Shown here one piece after another: positions 9,358 through 19,380 of a stretch of 64,000 nucleotides of DNA. Position 1 is the stretch's first letter; each line of letters starts with the position of its first letter. Source of the stretch: Escherichia coli (GTDB lineage: Bacteria; Pseudomonadota; Gammaproteobacteria; Enterobacterales; Enterobacteriaceae); assembly GCF_048403405.1 (NCBI RefSeq), contig NZ_CP183129.1; one strand, given 5' to 3'. The translations under genes were made by a program, and so were the position numbers. Under the pieces are notes generated by a model that was not told where the DNA came from, did no database searches, and saw only the letters and a program-made list of their open reading frames with translations.

Positions 9358-9999
9358 ATGACTGATCAGTCTCATCAGTGCGTCATTATCGGTATCGCTG
9401 GCGCATCGGCTTCCGGCAAGAGTCTTATTGCCAGTACCCTTTATCGTGAATTACGTGAGCAAGTCGGTGATGAACACATCGGCGTAATTCCCGAAGACTG
9501 CTATTACAAAGATCAAAGCCATCTGTCGATGGAAGAACGCGTTAAGACCAACTACGACCATCCCAGCGCGATGGATCACAGCCTGCTGCTTGAGCATTTA
9601 CAAGCGTTGAAACGCGGCTCGGCAATTGACCTGCCGGTTTACAGCTATGTTGAACATACGCGTATGAAAGAAACGGTGACGGTTGAGCCGAAGAAGGTCA
9701 TCATTCTCGAAGGCATTTTGCTGCTGACGGATGCGCGTTTGCGTGACGAACTTAACTTCTCAATTTTCGTTGATACCCCGCTGGATATCTGCCTGATGCG
9801 CCGCATTAAGCGTGACGTTAACGAGCGTGGGCGTTCAATGGATTCAGTGATGGCGCAATATCAAAAAACCGTGCGTCCGATGTTCCTGCAATTCATTGAG
9901 CCTTCTAAACAATATGCGGACATTATCGTGCCGCGCGGCGGGAAAAACCGCATCGCCATCGATATATTGAAAGCGAAAATAAGTCAGTTCTTTGAATAA
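9358..9999 (+). CDS. udk: Uridine/cytidine kinase
   Basis: [22 protein letters not shown] includes a P-loop. 213 aa from the internal ATG. The ORF-track upstream extension was rejected. Confidence 0.95.
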
Positions 10000-10090
10000 G
10001 CTTGATAAATTGTGTACCGTTCAGTGATAACCTGGTATGCCCTTGACGTAATTGGCGTTAAGGGAGTGATGCGCGAAAGGAGAAAATGCC

Positions 10091-10672
10091 ATGCGTCTGT
10101 GTGACCGAGATATTGAAGCCTGGCTTGATGAAGGCCGTTTGTCGATCAACCCACGTCCGCCAGTGGAGCGTATTAACGGCGCGACGGTGGATGTGCGCCT
10201 GGGCAATAAATTTCGTACCTTCCGTGGTCACACGGCAGCGTTTATCGATCTGAGCGGTCCCAAAGATGAAGTGAGCGCCGCGCTTGACCGCGTGATGAGC
10301 GATGAGATCGTTCTCGATGAAAGCGAGGCGTTCTATCTTCACCCAGGAGAGCTGGCGCTGGCGGTGACGCTGGAGTCGGTGACGCTGCCAGCCGATCTGG
10401 TGGGCTGGCTGGACGGGCGTTCTTCACTGGCGCGTCTGGGGCTGATGGTGCACGTCACCGCGCACCGTATCGATCCGGGCTGGTCTGGCTGCATTGTGCT
10501 GGAGTTCTACAACTCCGGTAAGCTGCCGCTGGCGCTGCGTCCGGGCATGTTAATTGGTGCGCTGAGCTTTGAGCCGCTTTCCGGCCCGGCGGCGCGACCT
10601 TACAACCGCCGTGAAGATGCGAAATATCGCAACCAGCAGGGCGCGGTAGCCAGCCGAATCGATAAAGACTAA
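10091..10672 (+). CDS. dcd: dCTP deaminase
   Basis: 193 aa. [23 protein letters not shown]... matches Dcd. Confidence 0.96.
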   Translation: MRLCDRDIEAWLDEGRLSINPRPPVERINGATVDVRLGNKFRTFRGHTAAFIDLSGPKDEVSAALDRVMSDEIVLDESEAFYLHPGELALAVTLESVTLPADLVGWLDGRSSLARLGLMVHVTAHRIDPGWSGCIVLEFYNSGKLPLALRPGMLIGALSFEPLSGPAARPYNRREDAKYRNQQGAVASRIDKD

Positions 10673-10693
10673 TTCAGGCCCATTGAGGATACC

Positions 10694-12547
10694 ATGAGAC
10701 GATTTCTGACGACGCTGATGATACTCCTGGTCGTGCTGGTGGCCGGGTTATCTGCGTTAGTGTTGCTGGTGAATCCGAATGATTTCCGCGACTATATGGT
10801 CAAGCAAGTTGCTGCACGTAGCGGTTATCAATTGCAGCTCGACGGGCCACTGCGTTGGCACGTCTGGCCGCAGCTTAGTATCCTCTCCGGGCGAATGTCT
10901 CTCACCGCCCAGGGCGCGAGCCAGCCACTGGTTCGCGCCGACAACATGCGTCTGGACGTGGCGCTTTTACCACTACTGAGTCATCAACTGAGCGTTAAGC
11001 AGGTGATGCTAAAAGGGGCAGTGATCCAACTGACGCCGCAGACGGAAGCGGTGCGCAGTGAAGACGCTCCGGTTGCACCGCGCGACAATACCTTGCCGGA
11101 TCTGTCAGACGATCGCGGATGGTCGTTTGATATATCCAGTCTTAAGATGGCGGACAGCGTGCTGGTGTTCCAGCATGAAGATGACGAGCAGGTGACAATC
11201 CGCAATATCCGCCTGCAAATGGAACAAGATCCCCAACATCGTGGCTCATTTGAGTTCTCCGGGCGGGTTAATCGCGATCAGCGCGACCTCACGATATCCC
11301 TTAACGGTACGGTAGATGCTTCTGATTATCCGCATGATTTAACGGCGGCTATTGAACAAATTAACTGGCAGTTGCAGGGTGCAGATTTACCAAAACAAGG
11401 TATTCAGGGGCAGGGGAGTTTCCAGGCCCAGTGGCAGGAGTCACATAAACGCCTTTCATTTAACCAAATTAGTTTGACCGCCAATGACAGTACGCTGAGC
11501 GGGCAAGCACAGGTCACGCTGACAGAGAAACCGGAATGGCAGCTGAGACTGCAATTCCCGCAACTGAATCTTGACAACCTCATCCCGCTTAAAGAAACAG
11601 CGAACGGTGAAAACGGTGCCGCGCAGCAAGGGCAGAGCCAATCCACGTTGCCGCGCCCGGTCATTTCTTCGCGTATTGATGAACCGGCCTATCAGGGATT
11701 GCAAGGCTTTACGGCTGATATTTTGTTGCAGGCCAGTAACGTGCGCTGGCGCGGAATGAATTTTACAGATGTTTCCACGCAAATGACCAACAAGTCGGGT
11801 TTGCTGGAAATTACTCAACTGCAGGGCAAGCTTAACGGTGGACAGGTTTCGCTGCCGGGCACGCTGGACGCGACATCAATAAATCCGCGGATAAACTTCC
11901 AGCCACGGCTGGAAAACGTTGAGATTGGCACCATTCTGAAGGCGTTTAACTATCCGATTTCGTTGACTGGAAAGATGTCACTGGCTGGTGATTTCTCCGG
12001 TGCTGACATAGATGCCGACGCATTCCGCCACAACTGGCAAGGACAGGCACATGTCGAAATGACCGACACACGCATGGAAGGGATGAACTTCCAGCAGATG
12101 ATTCAGCAAGCGGTAGAACGTAATGGTGGTGATGTGAAGGCCGCTGAAAACTTCGATAACGTAACGCGTCTTGACCGCTTTACCACCGATTTGACGTTGA
12201 AGGATGGCGTCGTGACGTTAAACGACATGCAAGGTCAATCGCCAGTGCTGGCGCTGACAGGGGAAGGCATGTTGAATCTGGCAGATCAAACCTGCGACAC
12301 CCAGTTTGACATTCGTGTGATTGGTGGCTGGAACGGAGAAAGCAAACTGATTGATTTCCTCAAAGAAACGCCAGTACCGCTGCGGGTTTATGGCAACTGG
12401 CAGCAACTCAATTACAGCCTGCAAGTGGATCAGTTACTGCGCAAACATCTACAGGACGAAGCGAAACGTCGCCTGAATGACTGGGCCGAGCGGAATAAAG
12501 ATTCCCGCAATGGCAAAGATGTGAAGAAGTTGCTGGAGAAGATGTAA
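10694..12547 (+). CDS. asmA: AsmA (outer-membrane assembly / lipid-transport AsmA-family protein)
   Basis: 617 aa with an N-terminal TM anchor (LTTLMILLVVLVAGLSALVLLV). Sequence and position downstream of dcd match K-12. Confidence 0.94.
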   Translation: MRRFLTTLMILLVVLVAGLSALVLLVNPNDFRDYMVKQVAARSGYQLQLDGPLRWHVWPQLSILSGRMSLTAQGASQPLVRADNMRLDVALLPLLSHQLSVKQVMLKGAVIQLTPQTEAVRSEDAPVAPRDNTLPDLSDDRGWSFDISSLKMADSVLVFQHEDDEQVTIRNIRLQMEQDPQHRGSFEFSGRVNRDQRDLTISLNGTVDASDYPHDLTAAIEQINWQLQGADLPKQGIQGQGSFQAQWQESHKRLSFNQISLTANDSTLSGQAQVTLTEKPEWQLRLQFPQLNLDNLIPLKETANGENGAAQQGQSQSTLPRPVISSRIDEPAYQGLQGFTADILLQASNVRWRGMNFTDVSTQMTNKSGLLEITQLQGKLNGGQVSLPGTLDATSINPRINFQPRLENVEIGTILKAFNYPISLTGKMSLAGDFSGADIDADAFRHNWQGQAHVEMTDTRMEGMNFQQMIQQAVERNGGDVKAAENFDNVTRLDRFTTDLTLKDGVVTLNDMQGQSPVLALTGEGMLNLADQTCDTQFDIRVIGGWNGESKLIDFLKETPVPLRVYGNWQQLNYSLQVDQLLRKHLQDEAKRRLNDWAERNKDSRNGKDVKKLLEKM

Positions 12548-12558
12548 GACAAGTTATG

Positions 12559-12595
12559 CAGATGGCGGCGTCAATTTGTCGCCATCTGTATTTAT
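12559..12595 (+). terminator. Rho-independent terminator after asmA
   Basis: cagatggcg / cgccatctg is a 9-bp stem with a 12-nt loop, followed by tattta. It sits 5 nt from the stop of the convergent antitoxin gene and may act in both directions. Confidence 0.6.
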
Positions 12596-12599
12596 AGCA

Positions 12600-12890
12600 C
12601 TAAGCAGCATGTGGATATTGAATTTCAATACGTTGAATATGCAATCCTGCATGAGCCATCATGGTGATCAATTTATCGATACTAAAGATCTGGATCTTAC
12701 CTCTGGCAAGTTCAGATATGCGAGGTTGAGTGACCCCTAAAGCAGACGCTGCCTGGGCCTGGCTAAACCCTTGTTGTTCAATCCAGTTATTAATGATCGT
12801 TACAAGTTCGGCACGGATCCGCATATTTTCCGCTTGTTCAGGGGTGTCACTCACCGCATCCCACACACTATCAAAGGTTTCAATTTTCAT
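12600..12890 (-). CDS. XRE-family HTH antitoxin (HigA-like)
   Basis: MKIETFDSVWDAV...QAQAASALGVTQPRISELARGKIQIFSIDKLITM is a typical HTH_XRE antitoxin. The ATG at 12890 overlaps the toxin stop by 11 nt (ATGAAAATTGA). The ORF-track start at 12908 is less likely. Confidence 0.8.
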   Translation of the reverse strand: MKIETFDSVWDAVSDTPEQAENMRIRAELVTIINNWIEQQGFSQAQAASALGVTQPRISELARGKIQIFSIDKLITMMAHAGLHIQRIEIQYPHAA

Positions 12891-13218
12891 TTTTCCGCTC
12901 CTGAACAAGTTCTTTATAGCGTCGTTTGGCTAAATCAACATCCGATTGACTGGTAGTCTGTGTTTTCTTTTGAAAACAATGCAATACGTAAACCGCTTCT
13001 TCAAATTTTGCGATATACATGACGCGATAGATCCCATCAGCATCGCGAGTACGAATCTCTCGCACACCAGGGCCGATAGTTGAAAAAGGTTTCCAGTCGT
13101 ATGGGTTTAACCCTTGTTGGATCCTGTCGAGTTGATAGCCAATTTCCTGTCGAGACGATTCTGGAAATGCGCGTAAATCGTCAAGACTGGTATCAAGAAA
13201 AGCCAGCTTTTTTCTCAT
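12880..13218 (-). CDS. RelE/HigB-type (Gp49-like) type II toxin
   Basis: 112 aa. GIYRVMYIAKFEEAVYVLHCFQKKTQTTSQSDVDLAKRRYKEL is characteristic of the Gp49/HigB-like RelE superfamily. The toxin lies upstream of the antitoxin, which is the HigBA order. Confidence 0.8.
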   Translation of the reverse strand: MRKKLAFLDTSLDDLRAFPESSRQEIGYQLDRIQQGLNPYDWKPFSTIGPGVREIRTRDADGIYRVMYIAKFEEAVYVLHCFQKKTQTTSQSDVDLAKRRYKELVQERKNEN

Positions 13219-13253
13219 TACTCCATCCTTAGATTATACTAAATTTTGTATAA

Positions 13254-13286
13254 ATCAAATGCGCAGTTTGAACCTGCGCATTTGAT
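13254..13286 (-). terminator. Perfect 13-bp palindrome (probable yegH terminator; possible TA operator)
   Basis: atcaaatgcgcag - 7 nt - ctgcgcatttgat, starting 7 nt after the yegH stop. On the minus strand it is followed by UUAUACAAAAUUU and lies about 35 nt upstream of the toxin ATG. Confidence 0.5.
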
Positions 13287-13292
13287 GTTTTA

Positions 13293-14876
13293 TCACACTT
13301 CGTACTCCATCTCGCCATCCTTACGTAGCGGAATAATTTGCACCTTCTGCACGCGATGGCTTTCCACCTGCAACGTTTTAAGCAAATAATCCCCCACCTG
13401 AACTTCTTCGCCAGGTTTTGGAATACGCTGCAAATATTCCATCAATAGCCCGGCAATGGTGTGATATTCACGTTTTTCATCCAGCGGCAGCGGCACATAT
13501 TGCACCAGATCTTCCAGCGGCATATGACCATTCGCCGTCCAGGAACCGTCGGCATTCTTCTGAATATCATGGCGGGCGTCGATCTCTTCCACTTCATTCG
13601 GTAAGTTACCGGCAATGGTTTCTGTGACGTCACTTAATGTCACAATCCCTTCCACCGAGCCAAACTCATCCACTACAAAAGCAAAGTGTGTGCGGGCATT
13701 ACGGAACTGCTCCAGGGCAGGTAACAACGGCAAGGTTTCCGGGAACACCAGCGGCTGGCGAATCAACACCCGCAGGTTGAGCGGTTCGCCGCGCAGTGAC
13801 TGTTGTAGCAGGTCGATAACGTGAACAACACCGAGCAAATCTTCCGCGTCATCGCCATCAGTAACCACCAGTCGCGTGTGCTGATTTCGCTCCAGCAACT
13901 GGCGGATCTCGTCTTCCGGCGCGTTGAGATCGATATGCTCAATATCGTGGCGCGACGTCATAATGCTGCTGACGGTACGCTGGTTAAGATTAAGTACCCG
14001 CTCAATCATCCGCCGTTCCTGCGGATTAAAGATTTGCTGGTTACCATGATCCACCAGCATAGACGCGGTTTCGGCGTCCAGTTCCGCATCTTCTTTTTGC
14101 CCGCTAAGCAGGCGCATTACCGCTTCGGTAGTCCGCTGGCGCAGCGTCTGGTTAGCGGAAAGAAAACGTCGCCGGTTAAAGATAGCCAACTGATTGAGCG
14201 CCTCGATCATCACCGAGAAACCAATAGCAGCGTACAGGTAGCCTTTCGGAATGACGAAGCCGAAACCTTCTGCCACCAGGCTAAAGCCAATCATCAACAG
14301 GAAGCTTAAGCAGAGAATAACGATCGTCGGGTGACTGTTAACAAATTGCGTTAACGGCTTGCTGGCCATCAACATCAGGCTGATAGCGATAACGACGGCG
14401 GCCATCATGACCAGTAAATGGTCGACCATCCCGACGGCGGTAATCACCGAGTCGAGTGAGAAGATGGCGTCCAGTACCACAATTTGTGTCACCACCCCCC
14501 AGAACTTCGCACCTTTGCGTTGTGTGGGGTTATTGCTGTCTTTCCCCTCCAGCCGTTCGTTCAGCTCCATCGTGGCTTTGAACAGCAGGAAGAAACCACC
14601 AAACAGCATGATTAAATCGCGGGCGCTAAAGGTAAACGAGCGGAAGCTGAACAGCGGTTGAGTCAGGGTGACCAGCCAGGAGATTGACGCCAGCAGTAAC
14701 AGGCGCATTAACATCGCCAGCAGCAGCCCGGTAACCCGTGCGCGGTCGCGCTGCTTCGGCGGTAGTTTTTCGGCGAGGATGGCAATAAAGACCAGGTTAT
14801 CAATGCCGAGGACCAGTTCGATCACAATCAGCGTGATTAACCCGGCCCAGATAGACGGATCGGCAATCCATTCCAT
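13293..14876 (-). CDS. yegH: Inner membrane protein YegH (TerC-like membrane domain + CBS pair + CorC/HlyC C-terminal domain)
   Basis: The internal start [13 protein letters not shown] gives 527 aa, equal to K-12 YegH. The 22-codon ORF-track extension was rejected. Confidence 0.92.
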   Translation of the reverse strand: MEWIADPSIWAGLITLIVIELVLGIDNLVFIAILAEKLPPKQRDRARVTGLLLAMLMRLLLLASISWLVTLTQPLFSFRSFTFSARDLIMLFGGFFLLFKATMELNERLEGKDSNNPTQRKGAKFWGVVTQIVVLDAIFSLDSVITAVGMVDHLLVMMAAVVIAISLMLMASKPLTQFVNSHPTIVILCLSFLLMIGFSLVAEGFGFVIPKGYLYAAIGFSVMIEALNQLAIFNRRRFLSANQTLRQRTTEAVMRLLSGQKEDAELDAETASMLVDHGNQQIFNPQERRMIERVLNLNQRTVSSIMTSRHDIEHIDLNAPEDEIRQLLERNQHTRLVVTDGDDAEDLLGVVHVIDLLQQSLRGEPLNLRVLIRQPLVFPETLPLLPALEQFRNARTHFAFVVDEFGSVEGIVTLSDVTETIAGNLPNEVEEIDARHDIQKNADGSWTANGHMPLEDLVQYVPLPLDEKREYHTIAGLLMEYLQRIPKPGEEVQVGDYLLKTLQVESHRVQKVQIIPLRKDGEMEYEV

Positions 14877-15037
14877 AGTAAGTACAAAACCTATTCGTTG
14901 TATGACAAATGTCACAATTCGATCATGGATAAATCGGGGCAAAAATGCAATGTTGCAGCACTATTTATCTCATATTATTTGAGGGTAATAACCTCACATT
15001 ACCCCTGAATTAAAAGTGGTAATAATAAAACATTATT

Positions 15038-15051
15038 TAAGAAATATCGCA
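15038..15051. promoter_or_regulatory. Candidate RcsAB box upstream of the colanic acid (wza) promoter
   Basis: TAAGAAATATCGCA matches the recalled consensus TaAGaatatTCctA at 9 of 14 positions. It sits in the AT-rich yegH-wza intergenic region about 480 nt upstream of wza. A second weak candidate lies on the other strand near 15112-15130. Confidence 0.3.
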
Positions 15052-15317
15052 TGTGGAGACACTATATTAAATATTGTCAACCTAAAGAAACTCCTAAAAA
15101 CCATATTGAATGACACTTAATATAATTCTTAAAAATAGCCAATTGCCGAATTGTTACCTTGCCTGCTATTCCGTTAGCTGTAACACTTCCTCCTGCATTA
15201 TTGGAGAGCCAATATTCAATTACCATAATGTCACCTTATATTCGGAAGTTAATTTCCGCAATAACCCTTTCTCATCAACGACTGTATGTTGAGAGGGTTT
15301 TAAAAATTAAGCTAAAT

Positions 15318-15356
15318 CAGTGTATTGGTAGCTAAAAAGCCAGGGGCGGTAGCGTG
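15318..15356 (+). promoter_or_regulatory. JUMPStart element with ops site (GGCGGTAGCGTG, 15345-15356), RfaH-dependent antitermination
   Basis: cagtgtattggtagctaaaaagccaggggcggtagcgtg lies in the wza 5' leader. The ops core is exact. Confidence 0.85.
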
Positions 15357-15534
15357 TCTGGATGCCTGAAAGACCAGTCTGAATTATTCTGTCAATAGCC
15401 TGCGGATGAAATCAATTTTTTTAGGACTGATGCCAGTTAAATTTTTATTCAATTAACTGCAAGGTAAATGTGCATGGCGACATTGCTATTAATAGTGCAC
15501 AGGATAATTACTCTGCCAAAGTGATAAATAAACA

Positions 15535-16674
15535 ATGATGAAATCCAAAATGAAATTGATGCCATTATTGGTGTCAGTAACCTTGATAAGCGGTTGCACA
15601 GTACTTCCGGGCAGCAATATGTCGACGATGGGGAAAGACGTCATCAAACAGCAGGACGCTGATTTCGATCTCGACAAAATGGTGAATGTTTATCCGCTGA
15701 CCCCGCGCCTGATTGATCAATTACGCCCACGCCCCAACGTAGCGCGCCCCAATATGACGCTGGAAAGCGAGATCGCGAATTACCAGTATCGCGTCGGGCC
15801 GGGGGACGTTCTTAATGTCACCGTCTGGGATCACCCGGAACTCACCACGCCAGCCGGTCAGTACCGCAGCTCCAGCGACACCGGCAACTGGGTACAGCCT
15901 GACGGCACCATGTTCTACCCGTATATCGGCAAGGTTCACGTCGTGGGGAAAACGCTCGCTGAAATCCGCAGTGATATTACCGGGCGCTTAGCGACGTACA
16001 TCGCTGACCCGCAGGTGGACGTTAATATCGCCGCCTTCCGCTCGCAAAAAGCCTATATCTCCGGTCAGGTGAATAAATCCGGTCAACAGGCGATTACCAA
16101 CGTGCCACTGACCATTCTCGATGCCATCAACGCCGCAGGTGGCCTGACCGACACCGCTGACTGGCGCAACGTGGTGCTAACACACAATGGTCGTGAAGAG
16201 CGCATTTCTTTGCAGGCGCTGATGCAAAACGGCGACCTCAATCAGAACCGACTGCTTTACCCCGGCGATATTCTTTACGTGCCACGTAATGATGATCTGA
16301 AAGTGTTTGTGATGGGTGAAGTGAAGAAACAGAGCACCCTGAAAATGGACTTTAGCGGTATGACCCTGACTGAAGCCCTGGGTAATGCTGAAGGCATCGA
16401 CATGACCACCTCCAACGCCAGCGGCATCTTTGTCATTCGTCCGCTGAAAGGCGAGGGCGGGCGTAATGGCAAGATTGCCAATATCTACCAGCTGGATATG
16501 TCCGATGCCACGTCGCTGGTGATGGCGACAGAATTCCGCCTGCAACCTTATGACGTGGTGTATGTCACCACCGCCCCGGTTTCCCGCTGGAACCGTCTGA
16601 TCAATCAGTTGCTGCCAACTATTAGCGGTGTCCGTTACATGACGGATACAGCCAGCGACATTCATAACTGGTAA
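15535..16674 (+). CDS. wza: Outer membrane polysaccharide export lipoprotein Wza
   Basis: 379 aa with a lipobox LISGC. Matches K-12 Wza. Confidence 0.96.
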   Translation: MMKSKMKLMPLLVSVTLISGCTVLPGSNMSTMGKDVIKQQDADFDLDKMVNVYPLTPRLIDQLRPRPNVARPNMTLESEIANYQYRVGPGDVLNVTVWDHPELTTPAGQYRSSSDTGNWVQPDGTMFYPYIGKVHVVGKTLAEIRSDITGRLATYIADPQVDVNIAAFRSQKAYISGQVNKSGQQAITNVPLTILDAINAAGGLTDTADWRNVVLTHNGREERISLQALMQNGDLNQNRLLYPGDILYVPRNDDLKVFVMGEVKKQSTLKMDFSGMTLTEALGNAEGIDMTTSNASGIFVIRPLKGEGGRNGKIANIYQLDMSDATSLVMATEFRLQPYDVVYVTTAPVSRWNRLINQLLPTISGVRYMTDTASDIHNW

Positions 16675-16679
16675 TCGTC

Positions 16680-17123
16680 ATGTTTAACAACATCTTAGTT
16701 GTCTGTGTCGGCAATATTTGCCGTTCTCCGACGGCGGAACGCTTACTGCAACGTTATCACCCGGAGCTAAAAGTGGAGTCCGCTGGACTCGGCGCGCTGG
16801 TCGGTAAGGGCGCTGATCCTACCGCTATCAGCGTCGCCGCAGAACATCAACTGTCTCTGGAAGGTCACTGTGCACGGCAAATCAGCCGCCGCCTGTGTCG
16901 CAACTACGACCTGATTTTGACCATGGAAAAGCGCCATATCGAACGCTTATGCGAGATGGCACCCGAGATGCGCGGCAAAGTGATGCTGTTTGGTCACTGG
17001 GATAACGAATGTGAAATCCCCGATCCGTATCGCAAAAGCCGGGATACGTTTGCAGCGGTGTACACATTACTTGAACGGTCTGCCCGCCAGTGGGCGCAGG
17101 CATTGAACGCAGAGCAGGTATAA
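16680..17123 (+). CDS. wzb: Low-molecular-weight protein-tyrosine phosphatase Wzb
   Basis: 147 aa with the CX5R(S) motif CVGNICRS. Confidence 0.96.
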   Translation: MFNNILVVCVGNICRSPTAERLLQRYHPELKVESAGLGALVGKGADPTAISVAAEHQLSLEGHCARQISRRLCRNYDLILTMEKRHIERLCEMAPEMRGKVMLFGHWDNECEIPDPYRKSRDTFAAVYTLLERSARQWAQALNAEQV

Positions 17124-17125
17124 GA

Positions 17126-19288
17126 ATGACAGAAAAAGTAAAACAACATGCCGCTCCGGGAACGGGCAGTGATGAAATCGATATTGGTCGCCTGGTCGGC
17201 ACCGTCATTGAAGCGCGCTGGTGGGTAATTGGCATCACCGCCGTATTTGCCCTCTGTGCCGTGGTTTACACCTTCTTCGCCACGCCGATTTATAGTGCCG
17301 ACGCACTGGTACAAATCGAGCAAAACAGCGGCAATTCGTTAGTGCAGGACATTGGTTCGGCATTAGCCAACAAACCGCCAGCATCGGACGCCGAGATCCA
17401 GTTGATTCGTTCGCGTCTGGTGCTTGGTAAAACGGTGGACGATCTCGACCTCGATATTGCAGTGAGCAAAAACACGTTCCCGATTTTCGGTGCGGGCTGG
17501 GATCGCCTGATGGGACGCCAGAACGAGACGGTAAAAGTGACCATCTTTAACCGCCCGAAAGAGATGGCGGATCAGGTGTTTACGCTTAATGTGCTGGACG
17601 ATAAAAACTACACTCTGAGCAGCGATGGCGGCTTTAGCGCCCGTGGGCAAGCGGGCCAGATGCTGAAAAAAGAAGGCGTCACGCTGATGGTTGAAGCTAT
17701 TCACGCCCGCCCGGGCAGTGAGTTTACCGTCACCAAATACTCCACGCTGGGGATGATCAATCAACTGCAAAACAGCCTGACGGTAACGGAGAACGGCAAA
17801 GACGCAGGCGTACTGAGCCTGACTTATACCGGTGAAGATCGCGAACAGATCCGCGACATTCTTAACAGCATCGCCCGTAACTATCAGGAACAAAATATTG
17901 AGCGCAAATCGGCGGAAGCGTCGAAAAGCCTCGCTTTCCTCGCGCAACAGTTACCGGAAGTACGTAGCCGCCTTGATGTTGCCGAAAACAAACTGAATGC
18001 CTTCCGTCAGGATAAAGATTCTGTTGATCTGCCGCTGGAAGCGAAAGCGGTGCTCGATTCGATGGTGAACATCGACGCGCAGTTGAACGAACTGACCTTT
18101 AAAGAGGCGGAAATCTCCAAGCTGTACACCAAAGTTCACCCGGCGTACCGCACGCTGCTGGAGAAACGGCAGGCGCTGGAAGACGAAAAAGCCAAACTTA
18201 ATGGTCGCGTAACGGCGATGCCGAAAACCCAGCAGGAAATTGTCCGTCTGACCCGCGATGTCGAGTCTGGTCAGCAGGTCTATATGCAACTGCTGAATAA
18301 AGAGCAGGAGCTGAAAATCACCGAAGCCAGCACCGTCGGCGATGTGCGCATTGTTGACCCGGCAATCACCCAGCCTGGTGTGCTAAAACCGAAGAAAGGG
18401 CTGATTATCCTTGGGGCGATTATCCTCGGCCTGATGCTCTCTATCGTGGGTGTGCTGCTGCGCTCGTTGTTTAATCGCGGCATTGAAAGCCCGCAAGTGC
18501 TGGAAGAACACGGCATTAGCGTTTATGCCAGCATCCCGCTGTCGGAGTGGCAGAAAGCGCGCGATAGCGTCAAAACCATCAAAGGGATTAAACGCTATAA
18601 ACAGAGCCAGCTACTGGCGGTGGGGAATCCAACCGATCTGGCGATTGAAGCCATCCGTAGTCTGCGTACCAGTCTGCACTTTGCGATGATGCAGGCACAG
18701 AACAATGTGTTGATGATGACCGGGGTTAGCCCGTCAATCGGTAAAACCTTTGTCTGCGCCAACCTGGCGGCGGTGATTAGCCAGACCAATAAACGGGTGT
18801 TGTTGATCGACTGCGATATGCGCAAAGGCTACACCCACGAGCTGTTGGGCACTAATAACGTTAATGGCCTGTCGGAAATTCTGATTGGACAGGGCGATAT
18901 TACTACCGCTGCTAAACCGACCTCTATTGCCAAATTTGACCTGATCCCGCGCGGTCAGGTGCCGCCAAATCCTTCTGAACTGTTAATGAGCGAACGCTTT
19001 GCCGAACTGGTGAAGTGGGCGAGTAAAAACTACGACCTGGTGTTGATTGATACGCCGCCGATTCTGGCAGTGACCGATGCGGCAATTGTTGGTCGTCATG
19101 TCGGAACCACGTTGATGGTGGCGCGTTATGCGGTCAACACATTGAAAGAAGTGGAAACCAGTCTGAGCCGCTTTGAGCAAAACGGTATTCCGGTGAAAGG
19201 GGTGATTCTGAACTCCATCTTCCGCCGCGCCAGCGCGTATCAGGATTATGGCTATTACGAATACGAATATAAGTCGGATGCGAAATAA
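17126..19288 (+). CDS. wzc: Tyrosine autokinase / polysaccharide co-polymerase Wzc
   Basis: 720 aa from MTEKVKQH. Walker A is GVSPSIGKT, and the C-terminal tail is Tyr-rich (YQDYGYYEYEYKSD). The ORF-track start at 17090 was rejected. Confidence 0.95.
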   Translation: MTEKVKQHAAPGTGSDEIDIGRLVGTVIEARWWVIGITAVFALCAVVYTFFATPIYSADALVQIEQNSGNSLVQDIGSALANKPPASDAEIQLIRSRLVLGKTVDDLDLDIAVSKNTFPIFGAGWDRLMGRQNETVKVTIFNRPKEMADQVFTLNVLDDKNYTLSSDGGFSARGQAGQMLKKEGVTLMVEAIHARPGSEFTVTKYSTLGMINQLQNSLTVTENGKDAGVLSLTYTGEDREQIRDILNSIARNYQEQNIERKSAEASKSLAFLAQQLPEVRSRLDVAENKLNAFRQDKDSVDLPLEAKAVLDSMVNIDAQLNELTFKEAEISKLYTKVHPAYRTLLEKRQALEDEKAKLNGRVTAMPKTQQEIVRLTRDVESGQQVYMQLLNKEQELKITEASTVGDVRIVDPAITQPGVLKPKKGLIILGAIILGLMLSIVGVLLRSLFNRGIESPQVLEEHGISVYASIPLSEWQKARDSVKTIKGIKRYKQSQLLAVGNPTDLAIEAIRSLRTSLHFAMMQAQNNVLMMTGVSPSIGKTFVCANLAAVISQTNKRVLLIDCDMRKGYTHELLGTNNVNGLSEILIGQGDITTAAKPTSIAKFDLIPRGQVPPNPSELLMSERFAELVKWASKNYDLVLIDTPPILAVTDAAIVGRHVGTTLMVARYAVNTLKEVETSLSRFEQNGIPVKGVILNSIFRRASAYQDYGYYEYEYKSDAK

Positions 19289-19312
19289 CGACGCCTGCAT
19301 TCGCACCGCCCC

Positions 19313-19350
19313 GTAGGCCGGATAAGGCGTTCACGCCGCATCCGGCAAGC
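19313..19350. repeat. REP element between wzc and wcaA
   Basis: gtaggccggataaggcgttcacgccgcatccggcaagc is a canonical E. coli REP palindrome. Confidence 0.8.
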
Positions 19351-19380
19351 AAACCAGCTCATAAGCCGGGAGAACAACCT

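Noticed and set aside
13233-13238. TATAAT hexamer (minus strand) considered as the toxin-antitoxin -10 box.
   Set aside because: It is only ~15 nt from the toxin ATG, so a transcript starting after it would lack most of the SD. It is kept only as a remark, not as a feature.
15110-15292. 60-aa ORF, and other short ORFs, in the AT-rich yegH-wza intergenic region.
   Set aside because: There is no SD, and the peptide is low-complexity and Cys/Asn-rich. The region is the known long regulatory/leader region of the colanic acid operon.
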